From Octopus bimaculoides (taxonomy: Eukaryota), in the NCBI RefSeq assembly GCF_001194135.2, contig NC_068993.1, positions 35,129,433-35,193,424 on the forward strand: a stretch of DNA of 63,992 bases, read 5' to 3'. The translations under genes were made by a program, and so were the position numbers. Positions 29,740-41,036 of this stretch are shown one piece after another. The notes beneath the pieces were generated by a model. That model was not told the origin of the DNA. It saw only the letters and a program-made list of their open reading frames with translations, and did no database searches. Every line of letters begins with the position of its first letter. Position 1 is the stretch's first letter.

Positions 29740-30300
29740 GTGCCATCCGGAAAAAAGTATTTTCTGAAATGAATATATAGAACCCTCCTTCTATTGAATA
29801 TGTACGCAAATGTCAGCACAAGGAATACTGGTGGAACATCTGTCACGTGTAAGTATAACACGCCGGATATTGTTGTTTGGGACACATAAGAAAAAATATG
29901 CACCATCATATAGGTCAGTTGTCCTGCTGATGTAAATACGTATTTGGAAATCAAAGAGAAAGAAGATAACTATGGTCAATTGCTTCGAAACCTCCAGCTT
30001 CTACATCTGGATTATAAATTTACATTTATACCAACTATAATTGGAGCACTTGATTCTGTAAGTAAATGTTTAATTGTCAATCTGGATAAGCTTGGATTTT
30101 CAGAAAAAAGAAATCAACCAGCTTACCTGCACATTACACATACAACTTCTTAGAAGAAGGGTAAAACCACGCAAGACTTTCCTCAGGTTTAAAATGTGAC
30201 ATGGTTTTCGTTAACTACATCCAACGATGGAGCATTGTATCTTTGTTAAAAACCAGTTCCTTCTTCAAACGAAGAATTTAAATAATTAAAAACAGAAGAC
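29740..30300 (+). mobile_element. 3' fragment of a non-LTR retrotransposon with restriction-like endonuclease (R4/Dong-like), pseudogenised
   Basis: Translates KEYWWN / TCKYNTPDIVVWDT*EKICTII*VSCPADVN...KEKEDNYGQLL...FIPTIIGAL, a PD-(D/E)xK motif with the catalytic E position read as a stop. Followed by a short 3' UTR; both sides are (TACA)n. Confidence 0.8.
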
Positions 30301-30639
30301 ATACATATATACATACATACATATATACATACATACATACATACATACATACATACATACATACACACATACATACATACATACATACATACGTACGTAC
30401 ATACATACATAAACCACAACACATATACGATGATGTGAATTCAGCTGCCCTATCGAAGTGATTTATTCTCACAGGAACTAATGTATATAAGGGTATGCAT
30501 TCCACAGAGACATGTAATTTAACATACTTATGCGGCAGAATTTGCGTGATACAGTGTGTTACAAGTGTGTTTCCTCACTTTCTGTTTTCACACAAAAGGC
30601 TTGGGTTGATCCGAAGTTACATGATTATATATAAAAAAA

Positions 30640-30725
30640 AAAAAAAATTTTCCCAAGATGCCACACATTGGAATCGAACCCGGGATCATGTTGTTCCGAA
30701 CAGAATTTCTTAACCAGTCGTCCAC
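30640..30725 (-). mobile_element. SINE family A head fragment
   Basis: Reverse complement of the tRNA-like head (ggttaagaaattc...gggttcgattcc...ggcatcttggg) seen at 33436. Confidence 0.65.
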
Positions 30726-30737
30726 CCACAAACAGAC

Positions 30738-30773
<36 letters not shown>

Positions 30774-33435
30774 GGATAAAGAAGCAGATACATAAACACA
30801 AATATTGATTCCTACGTGCGTATGTGTCCGACTGTGTGTAAACCATCACCATTCCAATGCCTTTCTTCAATTAGTTGTAAAAATCACACATTTGCACATG
30901 TATAAATAGGTACCTGTATAAACATACACATGTATGTATGNNNNNNNNNNNNNNNNNNNNNNNNNNNNNNNNNNNNNNNNNNNNNNNNNNNNNNNNNNNN
31001 NNNNNNNNNNNNNNNNNNNNNNNNNNNNNNNNNNNNNNNNNNNNNNNNNNNNNNNNNNNNNNNNNNNNNNNNNNNNNNNNNATATATATATATATACAAT
31101 GGTACATGAACATATTTAGACAATTATACATACCTATGTAGATACATTCTCACATTATATGGAGTTACAATAACACATATAACCTGTCAACCGAGCCGTT
31201 ACCCAATTGATCGATGTGCCAAACAAATACCCAATCAACCAAACATCTAGTCATCAAACCAACCAATGAACTAACCATCCAAAATACACACCCAACAGCT
31301 AACAAACAAACAACCAATTAGACAACCCACCAACTAAACAATCCCTCAACCAACAGACCGCTCATCCAAGCAACGAACCACTTAAACAGTTGTCGAATTA
31401 AAAGTCACAAGCAGCTGATTGTCTTATCACTAGACAGTCCCTTTGAGCTCCAACAGAGATATTATCCGCAACCGAACGGTTTCGATGTGTTTAGTTATGT
31501 TTGTATATTTTGCAAAATAAACATACATTTTAGCTTCTGTTTATCCAAAACCATCATGTTTCGAATAAGAATGATACGATGGTTGATAATAATGGCGACG
31601 ATCACGAGAAGGAGAATGATGATAATGATGAAATAAGTGTAGAAAAATATTGTAGTGAAGATGAAGGTATGGAGATAATAAAATTGATGGTAATAATGAT
31701 TTATTTGCAATAGGGACGTCGGTTTTTTTACCATAATTATAACTTTGACAATAGAGACAATAATAAAAGCAAGAAGGGAAGAATAAAGAATAAAAACAAA
31801 AGCGTGATGATAAAAAGAAAGCAATAAATAAATGCTGGTGAGAACTGTTAAAGGAATGAGATATACCAACCAAAACAAAAATGGCCCATCTAATCACTTT
31901 TAACTCGATCAAATTCCATCGATCAGATTTAATCGACAAAAATTTAGTCGAGCGAATCTATGGCTGAAGACATTTTCCCTAAGCATTCCGCAGGACCATA
32001 GAATACGTTAAATAAAATATTGACAAATAAAATATTCAATAAGGAAATAGGAAATTAAGCATCGAAGTAATAAGTTACTAAGACTTAAATGAAGTTGACT
32101 GTGAGAGAGATATGGTAGGCTTGAACGTTAAAATTCAAAAGCTGCAGTTCCAAGCGTTAAAAGCAGAAACGCAAAATTGTAAGCCTCAAGATCTTTGAAG
32201 ACAAAATCAAAGTTTAAAAAGTGACAGCAAACTGCCATTATTATACTGAAACACAACTGTTGAAAACAACAGTTTCTTATAGGAATCCAACTCTTATGAG
32301 TAAAAACACAAATTATAAACAGAAACTCAGAAGTTAGAATGTAAAAGCCACGAGTTAAAAAACATACACAACAGTTAAAAACAATAACCCAACTGTTTTA
32401 CAAATAAAAATCCAGGAGATATACACAGATTTCTGTTAAACTTTCCAAACTAAGCAATACAAACACGTACAACATAAACCAGACAACTGATTATGTCATA
32501 TATCCAGGGCCTCTACGATAAATATCTTAAGACAATACAAAACTGATTTGGGTCCCACGGGGCCTCCTCTCAACTTCGATTATTAAAAATGAAAATGAAG
32601 CCTGTATTTTAATTTAAGCTCTTAAAAAAAGATTATATGATTGTAAAATATGATTTTGTAAAATTTAGTCTTTATTTTTTTGGAGAAATATATCTTTATG
32701 ATATCTCATGAACAATGTAAATAGCCTTTAGTGTAAACCTAAATGCATGAATTTCATGGCTGATATCAGGCTAGTACTTTATTTTGTGATCATAGTTTAT
32801 TTTGTGATTCGAAAGTATCTCCATAGTTTATGACGAAACGAAAATAAATAAGGTAATATGATGAATGGATCGAATTCACTGTTTTCTGAAAGATAATTTG
32901 TACAGATATTTTGATTTCTTATACATCAACATGAATTATGTGAAACCTTAAATCTGAAATATTTCGGACAATTTTGGACGGTTGAGTGCAATAAATTTTC
33001 AACAGAGATTCAAAAATAGATGAACATATCTGATAATACTCTTCACAGGTGTAATCTTCATAGATTCCCAAGTTGAAATGCTCTGTGCTTTTCATAAGAA
33101 AATACATCAACTCACGAAGAGCCATACTTCATTATGGCTTTATTAGTTACCCAACCTTCGAACTGATCTATCAACTGAGCACCCTCTTATAGACTCAACA
33201 TATAGCGTAACAGTCACAGTGTTAAATGCTCTGTTCATTTCATGGGGAAACATATAGGGTCCTGGTATAAAGATGAGAAAACGAGGAAAAACACGAAAAC
33301 ACACGTTTACTAACTTTTGTAAAATAATGCATTGTGTGTGCTCTGGGATTTGGATCGATCTGTATGCAGAGGATCCACCTTCAAAGCCCAGCAACTAACC
33401 TATGGACATGGGAACAATCGGAATATGAGTATTGG

Positions 33436-33825
33436 CCAGGCGTGGTTGTGTCGTAAGACGTTTGCCTCCCAACCACGTGGTTCTTGTCTCAGTGGAACCT
33501 TGGGTGTCTTTACTGGACCTCGGGCCGACCAAGGTCTTCTGAATGGAGTGGATTTGGCAGACAGAAACTTTAAAAATCCCGTCGTATACATCTTTGTGTA
33601 TGTGAGAGTATGTGTGTGCGTATGTCTGTCTTTGTTCTGCCAACCACCGCTTGAGAATCAGTGTTGGTTTGCCTACGTCCCCATAGCTTAATGGTTCGAC
33701 AAAAGACGCCGATCGCATAAGAACCAGGCTAAAATATAAGTAATGGGTCGATTTGTTCCACTAAAATCCTTCAAGGTGCCACCCCAGCATGGCCGCACTC
33801 TAATGACTGAAACAAGTAAAAGACA
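33436..33825 (+). mobile_element. Near full-length tRNA-derived SINE (family A)
   Basis: Head ggcgtggttgtgtcgtaag..., internal (TG)-rich segment, tail ggtgccaccccagcatggccgcactctaatgactgaaacaagtaaaaga. The tail recurs at about 9960-10030, 35550-35625 and 45645-45845. Confidence 0.85.
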
Positions 33826-35418
33826 AAACGATAAAATATAAAGATAATGAAGCAATCCCAGCATTTTATCTGGCGTAGGTGTTACTTTTGCGTCTGCTGC
33901 TGCAGTCGTTGCTGCTGTTGTTGTTTATATAATTGCTGATACTATAGATACAGGATTACTTCTAATACCACTAGACACAGGACAATGATCCCAGCAATAA
34001 ACCATAAAAATACCCCCATGACAAGAATGATAATGAGGAAGATGACAATGACAAAAGCGACAGAGGTGATGATGATTTTGGTGAGGATGATTTTGATGAT
34101 GATGGTAATGATGATGATGATGATGATGATTAGTAATAATGATGTTAACGTCAATATGTATTTGATAATGTTAGAAAGAAAATCAAGATAACAATAAACC
34201 TCGTAAATTGAAATTATTCAGAAAAATAAATATTTTTTCAACCAAACATTTCACAGAATGTTTGTATTAGATTAAAATATGAAAATAAATATCCAAAAGA
34301 ACAAAAAAAGCTTATTAATAAAAATTTAATGTTGAAATTACAGAAGAAATAGAAAAATAAAATCAAAATATCGAACAATTCCAAGCATAATCTGCTACCC
34401 ATTGTGTACTTTTATATAAACATCTTTCTTTTTTATGCTTCTCCACACTTTCTCTTTTTTTTTCTTACAACTTTATTGCGCCACCCTCTCATCTTGCGTA
34501 TCTTGATTCTGTTCATATTCTTCACTTATATTTTCACACCATCAATGCTCTGGCAATGTTCCCATAGACATACTGCGCCAAACTGAAGACTGAATAAACA
34601 CTTAAAAACGAATACAGTAAACACATTTCAAAATTGTAAGTTATAATCTTGAGTCATAAACGAGCTTACAACTACAGAAAGCATTTCTTTCCTCGAAGCG
34701 TACTCGCTACCTTCAGAAGACGGAGGAAAGAGAATGTATGAAAATTAAGGCACAAAAGAATGAGGCCAACTACTCATACGCTATTTAATTCTCTTCACGA
34801 TTCTTCACACCTTTTCAACAAAGTATGAAAATATATTAACCTAAGCAAACACAAATATAGGATTATAAATCACTAGCCTGCGATACTATATAACATCTTC
34901 CATTAACTACATTGTAGTTCTATATTACGTTAGTAGGCAACTAATTTATATCCCAAAAGTATTTACATCATCTGTTGTCGCAAATAATCTCAATCCGGTA
35001 TTACCCAATATATTTGTCTGCTATTCTAGTCAACTCATACCTTTTCTTTGTCTCTGCACCCTTCTAACTTCAATTCGCTTCAATTCTCTTCGCACCGCCC
35101 TCGTTTTTCGCGTAGACCTAGACTTTCAGTTGCCCAAACTCAAGAGGCATTGTATCAATCTCATGTATCAACTCAAAAGTAAAGGCTAGTTTCCTTCTTC
35201 CTGGCTAAGTCACTAAAAAATGCACCGAACTTCCAGTTTACAAGTATAATATATAAATTTACTACGCACACCAAGACAAAAAGAGATATAATTAATAAAT
35301 TACTGATTAAAGCACAGGGGTTACGTAATCACTTTCATTAGCTAACAGACGTTTCTACAAGAAGGAACCGTCCGTACACCTAGAGTTGAGTGTAAATGCT
35401 TCCTCAAAGCCATTTGAA

Positions 35419-35489
<71 letters not shown>

Positions 35490-35989
35490 GTGTGTGTGTG
35501 TGTGTTTCCACCTTTTATCTTTTTTTATTTTACTTTTTTCAGTTATTTGACTGCGGCCATGCTGGTGCACAACCACGAGGGGTTTTAGTCGAAAAAATCG
35601 ACCTCAGAACTTATATAAATGGTACACGATTTAAGCAAAATTTTCTGAATTAAAATAGTTTTCCTACTATGTGATGTTTATTCTACATTCGTATTTTGAG
35701 TCAACTATAGTGAAATTACTCACCCGTAATAATCAGTATAAAAATAGAAATTTGAATTTACCATACAATGCGGCAACTCTGATTCCCATTGAAATTTTGC
35801 TTCATAGTAAGAAGCTATCTGTGCGGGGCAGTTATACGTTATTGTACGAAGATATTTCAGGTTTTTGATGAATATGAAACTTCATATTACGTTATATAAC
35901 TAATGAAGGGACTATGCCAGAAATATTTCATTTCACTATTTCTTGCTTTTAGCATGCTGATCGTGTTCGGATTTATACCTCTAAAATAT

Positions 35990-36031
<42 letters not shown>

Positions 36032-36061
36032 NNNNNNNNNNNNNNNNNNNNNNNNNNNNNN

Positions 36062-36105
<44 letters not shown>

Positions 36106-36439
36106 CCAAAAGTATATATGCATGTAGCTGCTTGTTGGGATATGGAAATTAAGTTCCTTGGAAAACCTTGGAAAACTGCAGCTGGATCGAATTTAGCTGA
36201 ATCGGAATGGTCTCTCGATAAATATTTTAATTCGATTGGTTTTTATGCAGTTACACGCAATTTTCTGCCGCAGAAAAAAATCAAAATCGGACACCACGTG
36301 TTTGAGTGAACTGAGTTTGACTACACTTCTCTCTGGGAAGTCCAGGGATTCCAGTGTAAGTTTATAGTTTTCCCTCGCATTAAATACAAGAATTTCTGAA
36401 ATCTCTGTAACATATTGGATAATATGAAGTTATAAAATC

Positions 36440-36770
36440 GTCTATTATTAAAACTTGTATAAGTAGTCTAAGACCGTATTGTCTGGCCATATCAGTTAGT
36501 GGGATGCAAAGTTCAGAGCCACGATAACATACAACCTATAATGTAAAATATCTAAAAAAATATGTATAACACTTTGCAGGGACGGTACATGCAATTGTCT
36601 TACTAACAGTCTACAATAATCTCGATATCATATTGGATATATAGAGTTTATACAGATTGTCAATACGTATAACTTGTACAGGTAGTCTAGGACTGTATTG
36701 TCTAGCTATATAAGTTAGTGGGATAGAAAGTTCAGAGGCGCGATGACATACAACCTATAATGTACAAGAT
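36440..36770. repeat. Diverged direct duplication, period about 217 bp
   Basis: gtagtctaagaccgtattgtctggccatatcagttagtgggatgcaaagttcagag... recurs as gtagtctaggactgtattgtctagctatataagttagtgggatagaaagttcagag... Confidence 0.8.
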
Positions 36771-37019
36771 TTAATATAATACAAATAACACATTCCACAT
36801 ATACTGTCGCATCAAAAACCAAATTACAAGTATAAACACGCGTATATTCAGGACAGTTTACATTCATTATTAAAGCTGATGTTAAGCATTACAGCTGGAC
36901 CGTCGGGTTATACCGTAGTAAAAGTTCAAAAGTTCTCGTGCAGGATTTTGTCACTTGAGGGGCGGGCGGGTTTAAATTATCTAGCTGTTTTTTTTTGTGT
37001 ATTTAATTTGTAATCCTTA

Positions 37020-37430
37020 TATACTGTTTGCATCGTACTGTGCAAAACTATGTTTGCTTGTGTGCAAACAGCTAGACAATCTCTCCGAAAATCGATTAAT
37101 AATCATACCATCGTCAAAAGTATAGACAATGATTCTTCGGAGTATAGATGGAATTTCCTGGACAGGATGTTGTATGGACTCGCATGTCTTACTATTGACC
37201 AAGTTAATTCACATTTAACCTTCTCGTCTCTCTGTTTCCAGACGAAATCAGCTAGTTATATTGAGTACCATCTATTAACCTTTTCGAAGTTGGCTATATG
37301 GTTCCTATATCGATTTTTGAAAGAATCGACAAAAATGCCGATACACACATACGGGCCTCCTCGGGTGTTCACTGTGCACTTATATATCATATTACAATTC
37401 GTAGAGAGGTTCTACAGAGGACATTTCGTT
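37020..37430 (-). mobile_element. Penelope-like element remnant (GIY-YIG endonuclease C-terminal region)
   Basis: Minus strand translates KCPL*...NMIYKCTVNT...VCIG...FKNRYRNH..NF...LADFVWK...LTWSIVRHASPY...EESLSIL / IINRFSERLSSCLH, matching the GIY-YIG tail of Penelope-like elements, with stops and a frameshift. Confidence 0.82.
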
Positions 37431-38134
37431 AAAAGTAGAATTAAAAATTATATATATATATATATATATNNNNNNNNNNNNNNNNNNNNNNNNNNNNNNN
37501 NNNNNNNNNNNNNNNNNNNNNNNNNNNNNNNNNNNNNNNNNNNNNNNNNNNNNNNNNNNNNNNNNNNNNNNNNNNNNNNNNNNNNNNNNNNNNNNNNNNN
37601 NNNNNNNNNNNNNNNNNNNNNNNNNNNNNNNNNNNNNNNNNNNNNNNNNNNNNNNNNNNNNNNNNNNNNNNNNNNNNNNNNNNNNNNNNNNNNNNNNNNN
37701 NNNNNNNNNNNNNNNNNNNNNNNNNNNNNNNNNNNNNNNNNNNNNNNNNNNNNNNNNNNNNNNNNNNNNNNNNNNNNNNNNNNNNNNNNNNNNNNNNNNN
37801 NNNNNNNNNNNNNNNNNNNNNNNNNNNNNNNNNNNNNNNNNNNNNNNNNNNNNNNNNNNNNNNNNNNNNNNNNNNNNNNNNNNNNNNNNNNNNNNNNNNN
37901 NNNNNNNNNNNNNNNNNNNNNNNNNNNNNNNNNNNNNNNNNNNNNNNNNNNNNNNNNNNNNNNNNNNNNNNNNNNNNNNNNNNNNNNNNNNNNNNNNNNN
38001 NNNNNNNNNNNNNNNNNNNNNNNNNNNNNNNNNNNNNNNNNNNNNNNNNNNNNNNNNNNNNNNNNNNNNNNNNNNNNNNNNNNNNNNNNNNNNNNNNNNN
38101 NNNNNNNNNNNNNNNNNNNNNNNNNNNNNNNNNN

Positions 38135-38165
<31 letters not shown>

Positions 38166-38554
38166 ATATATGTTCATACATACAAATTGATTATCTTCCT
38201 TGTGTAGTTAGTCTAATCAGTAAAATTTCTGTATTTCATATTTTCTTTAAGTTTCTAAAAGCATATTTTTTACTGTCTTAATATTGTATTGTATTGTCGC
38301 ATTGTTACTTTATTTTTAATTCTGAAGTCATTCTGTCAGATGAAATACACAACCACAAAACAAATGTCTCAGTGTGTAAAAATTTGACACTTACAAACAT
38401 ATCCAGTATTTATATTATTTAATTGTCTTAATTCGCTTGTATATAATTTTATGATTATCATATTGGCATGGAAGGGATGTCATACACGATATAATGAAAA
38501 GAATAAATACTCCACAAACACTGAAGAATTTCAGAATATTTTGGGTTTACTTAC

Positions 38555-38688
38555 ATTAACATTCGGATACCAGTATCAGATGAATTGACTAAATAATTTT
38601 GTGATGCATGGAAAATCGGCCGGTGAATACGATTAATGAAGGCTTCTACTGCACTTCCACCAAGGACACCTACTCTTGCGTCCAATAA
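38555..38688 (-). CDS. GRIN3-like: Internal exon of an NMDA-type (GluN3-like) ionotropic glutamate receptor: start of the S2 lobe, LLDARVGVLGGSAVEAFINRIHRPIFHASQNYLVNSSDTGIRML
   Basis: Read manually on the minus strand; not in the ORF track. Acceptor ttttctatttcAG|TTA, donor TTAAT|GTAAGT; 134 nt = 44 codons + 2 nt, matching the phase-2 start of the next exon. Aligns by eye to the iGluR 'RFGTVxxSSxExY...GVxxL' segment. Confidence 0.9.
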
Positions 38689-38956
38689 CTGAAATAGAAA
38701 ACAATATTGATTCTTCTTAGATTGGTTGTTTGATTGATCGAATTGCCTTGGTATTTTACCAGTATATTTTTATTGATCTTGAAATAATAATGATGGAAAT
38801 CAAATTTGACCGGATTTGAACTAGGATTTTATAGTGACGAAACTAAAAATAAACTTCAATGCATTTTGTCTGACTTGTAAGGGTTGCAAGAACTGTCGTA
38901 CATATTGTTCGAGGTCATACCGATTCTGTGACTGCGCCAAATTAAAGATAGAGGGA

Positions 38957-38957
<1 letters not shown>

Positions 38958-38994
<37 letters not shown>

Positions 38995-39004
38995 CAACAA
39001 CAAC

Positions 39005-39051
<47 letters not shown>

Positions 39052-39085
39052 TAATAATAATAACAACAACAACAACAACAATAAC

Positions 39086-39128
<43 letters not shown>
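38958..39128. repeat. Compound (AAT)n/(AAC)n array
   Basis: Visible directly; about 270 bp upstream of the acceptor of the 38688 exon. Confidence 0.95.
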
Positions 39129-39129
<1 letters not shown>

Positions 39130-39139
39130 CCCCAGTGCT

Positions 39140-39268
39140 TAACTGGTATTTAATTTATCGACCGCGAAAGAATGAAAAGGCAAAGTCGACCTTGGCAGAA
39201 TTTGAACTCAGAACGTAGCGGCAAAAGCATTTGGCCCGGCGTGCTAAAGGTTCTGCCAGCTCGCCCTT
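39140..39268 (-). mobile_element. SINE family B copy next to an (AAT/AAC)n array
   Basis: actggtatttaatttatcgaccgcgaaagaatgaaaaggcaaagtcgaccttggcagaatttgaactcagaacgtagcg. Confidence 0.85.
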
Positions 39269-40815
39269 CTACAAGGCTTGAAAAATGACTTTTTTTATTA
39301 GTAATCATATTATGACTACAGGGATCCAAAATGAAACATATGGGTTAAAGTTTGAGCTGGAAAGGGATAGGGACTTTATGGGATCTTCATGCTTCTCTCA
39401 AAGTTATTAGCACAGACACTGAAGAGATATGACAACAAGATCTAAAAGTATCTGGATTGCAGAAATTCTTTCCTTAAGAGATGACATCTATGTATCATTT
39501 GATTTTCACCAATCCAAAATGTTATTGAGAAAAGGCTGCAAGAAATTCTCTAGAAAACATCAGAAATTATTTACATTAACAAAATTGAAATATTTGACAA
39601 AACAAAGGAAGAGGTACAACTGGGTAAGAAAGAAAACCAAATGACTAGAGTATTATTGATTTTAAATCTCCTGTGAATATTTTACCTATTTTCTTTTATT
39701 ACTTATTTCCAGTAATTCAGTCTCTTTCCTTTTTCAAAATTGCTTTCGATTTAATATAGATGACTATTGGGTGTATCTTACTTTCGTACTGGAAGCTATT
39801 ACCAACTGCCACTAAGCGATTGTCCATCCTCTCTGGAAGCTGAGAGAATTTCAATAAAACACGAATTTACCGTCCATGTTTTGTAATATACCCTAATTCA
39901 TCATTGTTCTACAAATAAATGCCACTGATGATTTAGTTATTTCTCTCCTCACACATACACACATGTATGTATGTATGCATATGCCCAAGCGCAAATTTGG
40001 AGGGAACATTATAAAATAATATATTTATGTTTTACTTATATCAAGATGTATATAATTTTACAATATGCCCCCAGACTTGAATTTTTGTAAGAATATTCTG
40101 TAATCTTTATAACCAAGGAGTCATTTCGCAAAAGATTTCACTAAAATACCATGAATTCTCTTTACAAGCTGCATCTCCACATTAGAATGGAACAACGATT
40201 TTCTAAGATAATGGTTATACACCGGACAATTAACGTGCACTTTACAAATATTACACACACACATACACACACACACACACATACATACACTCACACACAC
40301 AGATTACACACTGCACATACGCATACACTCATACACACAATCTCATACACATCCTTTTGCTTTTACATTTTTCCAAGAGTTGATTGTAGGTGGTAGATGC
40401 TGTAGTGGATTACATCCACTTCAATAATTCAATACTATCTATGTTATCAGTCCCGAAAGAATGAAATATGAATAAAAAATTACGTAAATATAGTGTTCCA
40501 ATTCCTCCATCGCACTACAGTTTCTGTAATATTTCGTCCCTTTAATGGTACCGTTAATAATTTTTGAGAGAGTTCTAATGCTTCAAATTCATGAGAAAAA
40601 GGTTAGTGGATTATATCTACTCACTATTTGACTAGTACTTTATTTTATCGACAGTGGAAGAATGAAAGACAAATTTAATTTAGGCGGGATTTGAACTCAG
40701 AACATAAAATTCGAGACTAAATAAAACGCGATATTTTACTCGATGCGAAAATAAGTCAGTTAATGAAGTAATACTATTGAACTGTAAAATAATTGAAGAA
40801 GACTTGGCGTTAATG

Positions 40816-41036
40816 GACGAGGGAGTGCTGAAAAGTTCCTGGCTTTGGGGTAAAAGAAAATACAGGAGGATCAGTTAATTATGATTTCATTCAACATATT
40901 CTGCTCTCAGATTCAGACACTTATGGCAGTGGTCATGCAGTTTTCTAAACCCTATAAAAGAACTAGGAAGTGTGTGCCTCGAACTAGGCCTTCTACGATA
41001 CCCTTAAAATCAGGAACTTTTCAGCACCCCTTCGTA
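40816..41036. mobile_element. Mariner-type MITE, copy 2
   Basis: TIRs acgagggagtgctgaaaagttcctgg ... caggaacttttcagcaccccttcgta; shares aaatacaggaggatcagttaattatgatt with copy 1. Confidence 0.88.

Noticed and set aside
32919-33125. Protein-like minus-strand ORF (MALRELMYFL...)
   Set aside because: No recognisable family and no coherent splice sites or phase.
33205-33255. Plus-strand TVLNALFISWG, reminiscent of an iGluR M2 loop
   Set aside because: Wrong strand for the gene, closely bounded by stop codons, no M1 or M3 nearby; coincidence.
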